Assembly: GCA_040222015.1 (NCBI GenBank)
Contig: JAVJWO010000049.1
Span: forward strand, 9,382-73,381
Reading direction: 5' to 3'
Origin: Coleofasciculus chthonoplastes F2-STO-03
GTDB taxonomy: Bacteria > Cyanobacteriota > Cyanobacteriia > Cyanobacteriales > Coleofasciculaceae
DNA: 64,000 nt
A program made the position numbers and the translations under genes. Below the pieces are notes generated by a model. That model saw nothing but the letters and a program-made list of their open reading frames with translations, searched no databases and was not told where the DNA came from. Shown here one piece after another: positions 37,644 to 46,485 of this stretch. Position 1 is the stretch's first letter. Each line of letters starts with the position of its first letter.

Positions 37644-40142
37644 ATGGCAACTGCATCTTTTAATCTTTCTGAACTTGATGGTAGCAATGGCTTTGTCATC
37701 AATGGCATTGATCTGGATGACCGCTCAGGTGGTTCGGTGAGTGGAGCAGGAGATATCAATGGGGATGGCATTGATGACTTGATTATTGGTGCAGAAGGTG
37801 CTAATCCCAACGGTAACTCTTTTGCAGGAGAAACTTATGTGGTGTTTGGTAACAGCGAAGGTTTCGATGCCAGTTTCAATCTGTCTCAACTCAACGGCAG
37901 CAATGGTTTCGTCCTCAATGGCATTGATCCGGGTGACGGCTTAGGTCGTTCAGTGAGTGGAGCCGGAGATATCAATGGGGATGGGATTAATGACTTGATG
38001 ATCGGTGCACCAGGAGCTAGTTCCAACGGCTCCTTCAGGGCTGGGAGCGGAGAAACGTACCTCGTGTTTGGAAAGCAAGGGGGTTTTGATGCCGATTTCA
38101 ACCTCAGTGAACTAGATGGTAGCAACGGCTTTGTTCTCAATGCTTTTGATGCGGGTGATGACTCAGGTCTAGATGTAGGTTTTTCGGTCAGCGGAGCCGG
38201 AGATATCAATGGGGATGGTTTTGATGACCTGATTATTGGCGCACCTAATCGTGGTCCTTGGTTAGACTACACAGGGGAAAGCTATATAGTCTTTGGCAAG
38301 AGCGGGGGTTTCAATGCCAATCTCAACCTCTCACAGCTCAACGGCAGCAACGGCTTCATCATCAATGGCATTAATGAGTATGACGTTTTAGGTGAATCGG
38401 TCAGTGGTGCTGGGGATATTAATGGGGATGGTTTTGATGACCTGATTATTGGTGCACCAAAAGCTGACCCCAACGGCAACTCTTGGGCAGGGGAAAGCTA
38501 TATAGTGTTTGGTTCTTCTGAGGGTTTCGATGCCAATCTCAACCTCTCAGAACTCAACGGTAGCAACGGCTTCGTCTTCAGGGGTATGAATGAGGGTGAC
38601 CTCTTAGGTGAATCTGTCAGTGGTGCTGGAGATATCAATGGTGATGGGATTGATGACCTGATTATTGGCGCATCTCAGGGTGTGAATGCTTATGAAGACT
38701 ATAGAGGGAAAAGCTATATCGTGTTTGGCTCCCAAGAGGGTTTCAATGCCAGTCTTAACCCCTCAGAGCTTAATGGTAGCAATGGCTTCGTAATCAACGG
38801 CATTGATTTCGGTGACACTTTGGGTGTATCTGTCAGTGGTGCTGGCGATATCAATGGTGATGGAATTGATGACCTGATTATTGGCACACTACAGGCTGAT
38901 GAAAGCTATATCGTGTTTGGCTCCCAAGAGGGTTTCGATGCCAGTCTTAACGCCTCAGAGCTTAACGGCAGCAACGGCTTTATCATCAATGGCAGTGGCT
39001 TTCATAGTCGTGTCAGCGATGCCGGAGATATCAATGGGGATGGGATTGATGACCTGATCATTGGCGCACCTGATGAACCCAATTGGAGAATGCCCCAAGG
39101 GGAAACTTACGTGGTGTTTGGCAATGCTCCCCCAGAACTTGACCTTAACGGTAATGATACAAGTATTGATTTTACCACCACCTTTACCGGAAGTGCTGTC
39201 TCTATCGTCGATACTGATAACTTAACCCTAACCGACCCCAACAGCACCACTCTAGCTAACGCTACCGTCAAAATCACCAATCTCAAAGATGGTGCAGCCG
39301 AAACCCTCACTGCTGATACCAGTAATACCAATATCACCGCTAATTACGACCCCTCCCTTGGCACTCTCATCCTCAGCGGTGAGGATACTGTTGCCAATTA
39401 CCAACAAGTCCTCAGAAGTGTCACCTATAACAATACAGCCACCACCCCCGACACCACAGACCGGATTATTGAATTTGCGGTTAACGATGGAGAAGCGCAC
39501 AGTAATCTCAGTACCATCGCCACCACCACCCTTACCTTCGACTCCGGTGAACCTCCCATCGATGGCACGCCCAACGATGATACCTTAGTTGGCACTCAAG
39601 GGAGCGATCGCATTAACGGATTCGCTGGTAATGACACCATTGCTGGCGGTTTAGGAAATGATCAAATCTTCGGGGGTGACGGGGATGATGTCTTACGCGG
39701 CGACTTAAACCAGCGTTCCCCCCAAGTCGATATCGGTGGCGATGATATCATCTTCGGTGGTGCAGGCAATGACCGCATCGGGGGCAAAGGCGGTAATGAC
39801 CAACTCTTTGGTGAAGCCGGGGATGACCAAATCTGGGGGGATGATGGGGATGACATCCTGCGCGGCGGACTCGGTAACGATACCCTAACTGGGGATGACT
39901 TCTCTGGCGGTAGCGGTAGCGATACCTTTGTCCTCGCGATGAATGAAGGGACAGATACAATCGTTGATTTCCAAGACGGTGCAGATTTAATTGGTTTAGC
40001 CAATGGTCTAACTTTTGGTCAGTTATCGATTACTCAAGATGGCAAAAATACGCGGATTGGTTTTGAAGATGAGACCCTGGCTATTCTCAAAGGAATCAAT
40101 GCCAACCTCTTAACAGTAGCCGATTTCACCATCATCGGCTAG
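37644..40142 (+). CDS. FG-GAP repeat, Ig-like and RTX Ca-binding secreted protein
   Basis: Seven SGAGDINGDGxDDLIIGA / LSELNGSNGF repeats, then YQQVLRSVTY and GGxGND repeats. Confidence 0.92.
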   Translation: MATASFNLSELDGSNGFVINGIDLDDRSGGSVSGAGDINGDGIDDLIIGAEGANPNGNSFAGETYVVFGNSEGFDASFNLSQLNGSNGFVLNGIDPGDGLGRSVSGAGDINGDGINDLMIGAPGASSNGSFRAGSGETYLVFGKQGGFDADFNLSELDGSNGFVLNAFDAGDDSGLDVGFSVSGAGDINGDGFDDLIIGAPNRGPWLDYTGESYIVFGKSGGFNANLNLSQLNGSNGFIINGINEYDVLGESVSGAGDINGDGFDDLIIGAPKADPNGNSWAGESYIVFGSSEGFDANLNLSELNGSNGFVFRGMNEGDLLGESVSGAGDINGDGIDDLIIGASQGVNAYEDYRGKSYIVFGSQEGFNASLNPSELNGSNGFVINGIDFGDTLGVSVSGAGDINGDGIDDLIIGTLQADESYIVFGSQEGFDASLNASELNGSNGFIINGSGFHSRVSDAGDINGDGIDDLIIGAPDEPNWRMPQGETYVVFGNAPPELDLNGNDTSIDFTTTFTGSAVSIVDTDNLTLTDPNSTTLANATVKITNLKDGAAETLTADTSNTNITANYDPSLGTLILSGEDTVANYQQVLRSVTYNNTATTPDTTDRIIEFAVNDGEAHSNLSTIATTTLTFDSGEPPIDGTPNDDTLVGTQGSDRINGFAGNDTIAGGLGNDQIFGGDGDDVLRGDLNQRSPQVDIGGDDIIFGGAGNDRIGGKGGNDQLFGEAGDDQIWGDDGDDILRGGLGNDTLTGDDFSGGSGSDTFVLAMNEGTDTIVDFQDGADLIGLANGLTFGQLSITQDGKNTRIGFEDETLAILKGINANLLTVADFTIIG

Positions 40143-40185
40143 AACGTTTCTCCATCAATCGGCGTCGTGTAAAAACGACATTATC

Positions 40186-40510
40186 GTAGGGGCGCACGGC
40201 GTGCGCCCTTCATTGATGTGTCTTTGCGTCTGCGCTTGTGTAGCTGCGAAACCTGGGATATCATGTCCAGCTTTCTCACCCATGAGAAAAATTTCTGGAA
40301 CGTCTGGAGTGTCTGATATGAGTAATGGTGCGTTACGCTTCGCTAACGCACCCTACAATTTTGCTGGTACAGGGCGTTGAGCAGAGGGCGACCCGACCCA
40401 ATTAATGAGTGGTATTGTTAATTTATTCCAGCGGGTCGCCCCTACAGGTCTTTGTCACCCCCATCACCCCTATCTCCCCTCACCTCACCACTCCCAACAG
40501 CAGCCCCTAT
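40186..40510. repeat. Cluster of three REP types plus a C-rich heptamer tract
   Basis: REPs at 40186-40209, 40327-40356 and 40385-40445; then ccccatca/cccctca repeats. Confidence 0.8.
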
Positions 40511-41458
40511 TTAAGGCTTCTTTTGTTGCCAATGGTAAAACGGACTAATTAAGCTATACCAAAACAACTGTCCTTCACAAGCCGCCACAATATCAGTGTT
40601 GAGAACCGTGCCATACTTAATCCAGTGGATTATCAGTTTGCGGCAATCACTCACCAGATAAACCAGAACCATCAACCCTAGTGACAAATCTGGAAACCGT
40701 AACCGACGAATCGGATAGCGACTCAAGCCTATACCCCGAAACACCTGTAATAAATAATCTTTTTCTAAACGCGATCGCGGAATATGATGCTCAATCACCA
40801 TATCCGGATTATGCCAGATTTCCCAGCCGGCATTTCTAATATACGATAACGTCTCTAAATCTTCTCCTTTTGAGGATACGGATTGACCACAGACCCCTTT
40901 TAACATAGGCTGGTCAGGGATATGCTCCAACCAAACTGACTGACGCACAACTAACCCCGCACCCGCAGGTAATAACCCTCGGCTATCGATATCATAGCGA
41001 AACGGGGTAAAACCGCGATCGATAATTCCTAAACAACTCGCAATTCGGTTAAAATTTTCCGGGGGATTCGTCTCATATACCCCCTGAATTTGACCCCCAT
41101 AAGCTCCTGCTTGGGGATGTGACTGAGCAAACGCATAAACCTGACTCACCCAATTCGGAGAGGGAAGATTATCATCATCCAGAAACGCCACCCAATCACC
41201 CTGAGCCTTTTTAATCCCAAGGCGTCGCGCAAACGCTAACCCCTGTTTCGCCTCAAAATAGTAGTGGATGGGATGATTAGACTGGGCTTGATACTGATGA
41301 ACAACATCGGCTGTGCGATCGCGACTATTGTTGTCAATGACAATAATTTCCCAAACAAAGGGCTCGGTGTCAATCTGAACAACCAAGCCGTCTAAAACCT
41401 GTGGCAATCGAGCCGCACCATTGTAGGTACAAATAGCAACAGTCAGTTCAATCATCAT
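40511..41458 (-). CDS. hpsE: GT2 glycosyltransferase, HpsE-like
   Basis: TVAICTYNGA.RLP.VL, QGLAFAR, FLDDDNLP, LPAGAGLVVR and GEDLE motifs. Confidence 0.8.
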   Translation of the reverse strand: MMIELTVAICTYNGAARLPQVLDGLVVQIDTEPFVWEIIVIDNNSRDRTADVVHQYQAQSNHPIHYYFEAKQGLAFARRLGIKKAQGDWVAFLDDDNLPSPNWVSQVYAFAQSHPQAGAYGGQIQGVYETNPPENFNRIASCLGIIDRGFTPFRYDIDSRGLLPAGAGLVVRQSVWLEHIPDQPMLKGVCGQSVSSKGEDLETLSYIRNAGWEIWHNPDMVIEHHIPRSRLEKDYLLQVFRGIGLSRYPIRRLRFPDLSLGLMVLVYLVSDCRKLIIHWIKYGTVLNTDIVAACEGQLFWYSLISPFYHWQQKKP

Positions 41459-41504
41459 AATTCTCCAAATCGGTGAATCCGTTTGCTTCAGGAAGTCTTG
41501 GGAT

Positions 41505-41634
41505 GAGACAAGTCTATAAAAATGGGTGACAATTCCGCACCCCAGAAGCGATTACACCTGTTGGCACATTTCGGGCAGGTCATTATCTGCGGGCGATGGC
41601 AATTTGGGCTGTTTATTTGACATTAAATCAATAG
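41505..41634 (+). pseudogene. Relic duplicate of the last ~130 bp of the GH116 gene
   Basis: Aligns to 32017-32149 with an in-frame TGA and a 1-bp deletion. Confidence 0.92.
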
Positions 41635-41672
41635 TGTTGAGTGTTGTGTAAGAGTTCTTTGCCCTCACTTAT

Positions 41673-42095
41673 TTATGCTTCCAGTTTTTGGACATATCCT
41701 GGACATGGTGTAAGCGTATTGAGCAAAGATTGGTCGGCTGTCCAGAATTCGGCAGATTCTAGCTCGGCAACGGCTAGAAAAGCAGCATCATAGAGAGTTG
41801 CCAAAGAGAACTGTTGGGCAATCGCCCATGTTTTTGCACGGATAGCATTGCTATCGAGGTACTCAACAGGCATCTGGCAGAAATCATCATAAAACCCTGC
41901 AGCCTGGGAAGTGGTAATTGCTCCCAACCTTACTTTTTTTCGCAATACTGAGCCAACTTCAGTCCATGCAAATGCTGGAGCAACCAAACGCTCATTCGAT
42001 GTCAGCAAAGGAAGGATCAAGTTTCTGGCTTGGGGTTGCAATGTCTCAGGTATCAAATAAGGAATCCAAACGCTAGTGTCGATACACTTAGTCAC
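41673..42095 (-). CDS. vapC: PIN-domain (VapC) toxin; GTG start overlaps the antitoxin stop
   Basis: IDTSVWI, EVGSVL, LYDAAFLAVAE and WTAD motifs. Confidence 0.88.
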   Translation of the reverse strand: MTKCIDTSVWIPYLIPETLQPQARNLILPLLTSNERLVAPAFAWTEVGSVLRKKVRLGAITTSQAAGFYDDFCQMPVEYLDSNAIRAKTWAIAQQFSLATLYDAAFLAVAELESAEFWTADQSLLNTLTPCPGYVQKLEA

Positions 42096-42363
42096 GCCGT
42101 CCCTCACCCGATCGCAGCTGACGAATCAAGTCCACAGAACTGGATTGAATTCCTGTTTTGGCTTCTACTTGAGCACTACGAGCCACAATGCGTTGATGGG
42201 CTGCCAGTGATCGCCGCCGTCGCACCTCGCGGTTGATTGCTTCAACAACCATCTCGTTAAAAGACTCACTGCCCTCTCGAAATTGCCTTGCTTGCTCAAG
42301 CAAATCTGCGGGAATACGGATAGTTACAGCTTCTCGCTCCATAGTTGCAACATAAGTAATCAT
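42088..42363 (-). CDS. RHH-type antitoxin (YlcI/YnfO-like)
   Basis: VTIRIPADLLE..SFNEMVVEAI..S.DLIRQLR; lies upstream of the PIN gene. Confidence 0.8.
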   Translation of the reverse strand: MITYVATMEREAVTIRIPADLLEQARQFREGSESFNEMVVEAINREVRRRRSLAAHQRIVARSAQVEAKTGIQSSSVDLIRQLRSGEGRRD

Positions 42364-42498
42364 AAAATGATATCAACTAATGTAACTATTTTCTGAACAG
42401 TCTGCAACAGTCATAAACCCACAACTAATGCCTTTGTAGGCTGGGTTGAGGAAAGAAACGAAATTTCGTGCATTCTATAATCCGCTACAATAAGCGTC

Positions 42499-43818
42499 AT
42501 GCCATTAACAAAAACACCTGCCAACGCCTCCAGCCAATTCCTCAAACGCCAAGCCGCGTCGCTGCTACTGTATCAATCAGTTCTCCGTAACGACGTGGGA
42601 CGAGCTTTTATCCATATTTTGCAAACCTTAAGCAAGGGTGAAGCCGAACAAACCGCTTGCTTGGTGGCGTATGGTAACTGGTTCAAAACCTTAGCCGCCC
42701 ACAGAGAAAATTGGCAAGATTATCTGATTCGGCAAATTCTCCAAGACGATAATCCCTTTTCTGTGCAAGTACAACGGGTAGCCCTGGACGATTTACCCGA
42801 AGCCCTAGTCACGGCGGCTCAACAGGATTTACACGCCTTACAACATCTTTCTGAATGTAGCGCCGAACAGTTAAGTCGGTGGGTGCAAAAAGCCTCTCAG
42901 TTAGAAGCACAGCCTGTTTCCTGGAATCTGGAAACGGTGCAACCCACATTTCTACACCAACAGAGTGATTGGACAGAATCTCTAGCAGAATTAGCCACCC
43001 ACTATCAACAACATGGTACAGGGTTATTTGCCCAATATCATGCCCTGCGTTGGCAGTCGGGTCAATTGGTTGGTATCGCCCACCCTGATCCGATTCAGTT
43101 AACCCAATTGGTGGGTTATGAGTCTCAACAAGCCACGTTAGTTAAAAATACAGAATTTTTACTCGCGGGTTATCCGGCGTTACATGTCTTGCTTTATGGC
43201 AGTCGTGGTACAGGCAAGTCATCATTAGTCAAGGGGTTATTACAAAACTATAAGAATCAGGGACTACGGCTGATTGAAGTTGCCAAGTCTGACTTAAACG
43301 ACTTACCGATGATTGTGGAGCAATTGCGAGACATACCGCAGAAGTTTATCATCTTTGTAGATGACCTCTCCTTTGAAGAGGATGACGATGCGTTTAAAGC
43401 CTTAAAAGTCGTCTTAGAAGGGAGTGTCACCGCCCGTTCCCAAAATGTAGTCGTTTATGCCACCTCCAATCGACGCCACTTAGTACGAGAATTTTTTACC
43501 GATCGCCCTCGTCCCAGCGATAATGATGAAATCCATGCCTGGGATACCTTACAGGAAAAATTATCCTTTAGCGATCGCTTTGGCTTAACCTTGACCTTTG
43601 AACCGACAAACCAAGACGCTTATCTCAACATCGTCTATCATTTAGCCCAGCAAGCAGGTATAAACTTACCCCAAAATGACCTAAAATCCCGTGCAATTCA
43701 GTGGGCAACCCGCCACAATGGACGTTCTGGGCGCAGCGCCCGCCAGTTTGTTGATTTTCTCAGCGCTGATTTAGGGATTCATCCTGTGGATAGGGTAGAA
43801 AGGACCAATGACCAATGA
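42499..43818 (+). CDS. DUF815 family AAA+ ATPase
   Basis: LLYGSRGTGKSSL, FVDDLSFE, YATSNRRHL, SDRFGL and GRSGR motifs. Confidence 0.92.
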   Translation: MPLTKTPANASSQFLKRQAASLLLYQSVLRNDVGRAFIHILQTLSKGEAEQTACLVAYGNWFKTLAAHRENWQDYLIRQILQDDNPFSVQVQRVALDDLPEALVTAAQQDLHALQHLSECSAEQLSRWVQKASQLEAQPVSWNLETVQPTFLHQQSDWTESLAELATHYQQHGTGLFAQYHALRWQSGQLVGIAHPDPIQLTQLVGYESQQATLVKNTEFLLAGYPALHVLLYGSRGTGKSSLVKGLLQNYKNQGLRLIEVAKSDLNDLPMIVEQLRDIPQKFIIFVDDLSFEEDDDAFKALKVVLEGSVTARSQNVVVYATSNRRHLVREFFTDRPRPSDNDEIHAWDTLQEKLSFSDRFGLTLTFEPTNQDAYLNIVYHLAQQAGINLPQNDLKSRAIQWATRHNGRSGRSARQFVDFLSADLGIHPVDRVERTNDQ

Positions 43819-43828
43819 CGAATGACCA

Positions 43829-45151
43829 ATGAACCAACTCATTAATCAAATGCTTCTTGGTACAGTTGCTTTTACCGTCAGCGTGGCTGTGGGATTATTC
43901 ATTAACCCTAACAAAGCCTTAGTTAATGGAGTCGTTACCGTTGTGGCAAGTTATGCTGGCGTTACCGTAGCGGATAAGCGACGCCTCCAAGCAGAAAAAC
44001 AGCGCAAAAATGCTTTACTCAATCAAATCCAAGAATTTGAAGAAGAAGAAAGCCTGCTGTATGAATCACTCATGCAGGCAAGGGAAACACAACATCAACT
44101 CGAAGCCAGCATTCATGCATTACAAACTGAACGAGGTCAACTTCTGAGTCGGGTGTCTGAACTGCATAACCAACGAAATAACCTGTATCAAGAAATCAGT
44201 GAAGTTCAACAGCACAAGCAGGAACACCTAGAGGAAGTGAGTACCCTGCGATCGCAAATTCAGCAGATAGAGAAACACCAAAGCGAACTGAATCAATCCC
44301 TTTGGGCAAAAACTGCCCAAATCCAGCCAGCGGAAACTCGCTTAAATCACTTACATACTGAACTCGAACAGCTTCAAACCGAAATTGCTGATAAACTGCA
44401 TCAACACGAACATCTTAGTCAAGACTTAGCTGCACTCGAACGCCGTAAGCAAGACTTAGGCGGCGAAGCTTACGACTTACATACCCAAATTCAAGCCTTA
44501 AAGCAACGTTTAGAGCAACTGAATCAAGCTTTTTTATCTTTACGAATACAGCAACAGCGAGTGCAGGAATATCTCACTCCGCTCAAATCCGAATTGGAAC
44601 AAATGCAGCAACAAGTTACCGAAAAACAGCAACAACAAAAGCAACTCAATCAAGATTTGGCGCGATTAGATCAGCTTAAACAGCAGTTAGAATCCGATTA
44701 TGCCGCTCTGCAACAGCAAATGCAAACCTTACGAGTACAGAAATTAACAGCAACTGAAACAATCTTCCCCATAATTGAACCTAGTTTATCTGTAATTTTA
44801 CCACGAGAATGGCAGAAGTTGCTGGAATTTGCTCAACAGCTTAATCAGGATGAACGAATGGCATTTCAAGCAATTTTGGCAGAAGATAATGCCGCTTTAA
44901 ATCAAATTTATAATCAAAAAGGGATAATGTCACAGGATTTAATTCAATCCCTTAATCAAAAGTCTATTTCCATCCTCGGAGATTCTTTATTTTTCAGCGA
45001 TAGTACCTCAGTTACTCCTCAACTCCATAAAGACTATAGTTCAGCATTAAAAGAACCAACATCTATTTATTTTAAAGACTTAATTGGACTTAATTATCGT
45101 CAAATTAAATCTGACCTAATATCAACAAGTTTTATTCACCTCACATCTTGA
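43829..45151 (+). CDS. Membrane-anchored coiled-coil protein, possible TerB-C-like tail
   Basis: Two N-terminal TM helices and a long heptad region; C-terminal LIQSLNQKSISILGDSL. Confidence 0.75.
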   Translation: MNQLINQMLLGTVAFTVSVAVGLFINPNKALVNGVVTVVASYAGVTVADKRRLQAEKQRKNALLNQIQEFEEEESLLYESLMQARETQHQLEASIHALQTERGQLLSRVSELHNQRNNLYQEISEVQQHKQEHLEEVSTLRSQIQQIEKHQSELNQSLWAKTAQIQPAETRLNHLHTELEQLQTEIADKLHQHEHLSQDLAALERRKQDLGGEAYDLHTQIQALKQRLEQLNQAFLSLRIQQQRVQEYLTPLKSELEQMQQQVTEKQQQQKQLNQDLARLDQLKQQLESDYAALQQQMQTLRVQKLTATETIFPIIEPSLSVILPREWQKLLEFAQQLNQDERMAFQAILAEDNAALNQIYNQKGIMSQDLIQSLNQKSISILGDSLFFSDSTSVTPQLHKDYSSALKEPTSIYFKDLIGLNYRQIKSDLISTSFIHLTS

Positions 45152-45175
45152 AAATGCTCACAAATTTGATATGCA

Positions 45176-45700
45176 TTAATACTGCTCAATCCAATTGACT
45201 AAATCCGTCATATCTGTAAAATCTAATAAAGCCTCACTTAATTCATCTAAAGCTGTTGCAAATAAACCATTAATTCGGGATTGCACATCCGGAGTAATCC
45301 CGCCAATTCGACGAATCAATAAACGGTTAATCATAGCTAACTTTTCCTGCATTATTCCTTGTTGTACTCCTTCCTGTAAACTCTGTTCCACTCGCTCAAC
45401 TCCCCAAGGTAAAAGAGTTCCTGATTCGTCCCACCACCGTAACCAATAGCAGGTTATTTCCGCCTTAGTGCCGTACCAAACTCCCAAATATAAACCCATT
45501 GTGGCAATCCAGTCGAATAGCATGGAGGAGGTGATAAAACCAGCGAGTTCTAGAATCTCTCGCAGTGCTGATGCGAGTAAGGGATGATAAATATTCTCCA
45601 CGGGTTCATCGGGTAAGTGAAAATCATCAGGCAGTTTTTTCCATTCAACCGTATAGGATACCTTGGGTAGTGTGAGTTGAGATTGAATCATATCACTCAT
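45176..45700 (-). pseudogene. Uma2-type endonuclease plus DUF4351 tail with the nuclease core deleted in frame
   Basis: WKKLPDDFHLPDEPVEN..HPLLA N-terminus joined directly to WI..MGLYLGVW..WLRWWD, then LDELSEALLDF. Confidence 0.75.
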
Positions 45701-45728
45701 TGTGAATAATAAGAAGTTGAGTTAATTT

Positions 45729-46058
45729 ATGATACGTCAAACACAAGGAGCAGGCTTTAAACTTGCCGCTACTGCCATTATCTGGGGATTTGCCACGGGA
45801 ATGCTAGGGATTTGCATTCCATTAGTTTCGATGACTGACAGTGGCGTTATTTTACCATTAGCGGTGATTATAGGAGCCAGTTTCACTACTACCGTAATTT
45901 GGTTATCGTTCAATCGAGTATCTATAAATACAGTGGAGTTGAGCGACAATATTGAGTCGTTAAAGGAACAGGAAGCGACTTTAGACACTATGGATAACAA
46001 TGAAAAGTTTGATGATCAGAATAGGATAAAGCTACTGGAACCGAGAGACAATAAGTAG
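45729..46058 (+). CDS. Small two-TM hypothetical protein
   Basis: IWGFATGMLGICIPLV..GVILPLAV hydrophobic segments and a charged tail. Confidence 0.75.
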   Translation: MIRQTQGAGFKLAATAIIWGFATGMLGICIPLVSMTDSGVILPLAVIIGASFTTTVIWLSFNRVSINTVELSDNIESLKEQEATLDTMDNNEKFDDQNRIKLLEPRDNK

Positions 46059-46190
46059 GTGGGGACAATTAAAGTTAACGGTGGGGATGGTCATTCGTCA
46101 TTCGTCATTCGTCATTTGTCATTTGTCATTCGTCATTTGTCATTCGTCATTCGTCATTCGTCATTTGTAAGGGTTTGAGGCTTGTTCACA
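46052..46190. mobile_element. MITE (TAAGTAGGTGGG end) carrying a (GTCATTC/GTCATTT)n heptamer array
   Basis: About 11 heptamers at 46089-46167, then TTTGTAAGGGTTTGAGG, shared with 25560-25604. Confidence 0.75.
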
Positions 46191-46244
46191 GGTACTGACA
46201 TTTTGGCTGGTGGGCATTGCCCACCCTACAGTATAGTGCGATCG

Positions 46245-46360
46245 CGTCTTTGCTTCATGGCAGTGCTTTAATGTTTGTCGCTTATACTGGCTATGGTCGG
46301 ATTGCCACATTGGGAGAAGAGGTGCATCACCCGCGACGCACTATCCCGATCGCGATTATG
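46245..46360 (+). pseudogene. Internal fragment of an APC-family amino acid permease
   Basis: LLHGSALMFVAYTGYGRIATLGEEVHHPRRTIPIAI, between a HIP1 site (46238) and a HIP1-like CGATCGC; REP at 46209-46229. Confidence 0.75.
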
Positions 46361-46485
46361 CCCTTACCAACCTTTGTGCCCTACGGCTATCTGCCCAAGA
46401 ACGACTGTATCCCAAATGGATCGCTGGGGTAGGATTAGCCCGGTGTCTCGTCTTAGGTTCACGAAATCCCTAATTTAATGCAGCG

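Noticed and set aside
37644..39120. Diversity-generating retroelement-like repeats
   Set aside because: Ordinary FG-GAP coding repeats; no reverse transcriptase in the window and differences are not adenine-specific.
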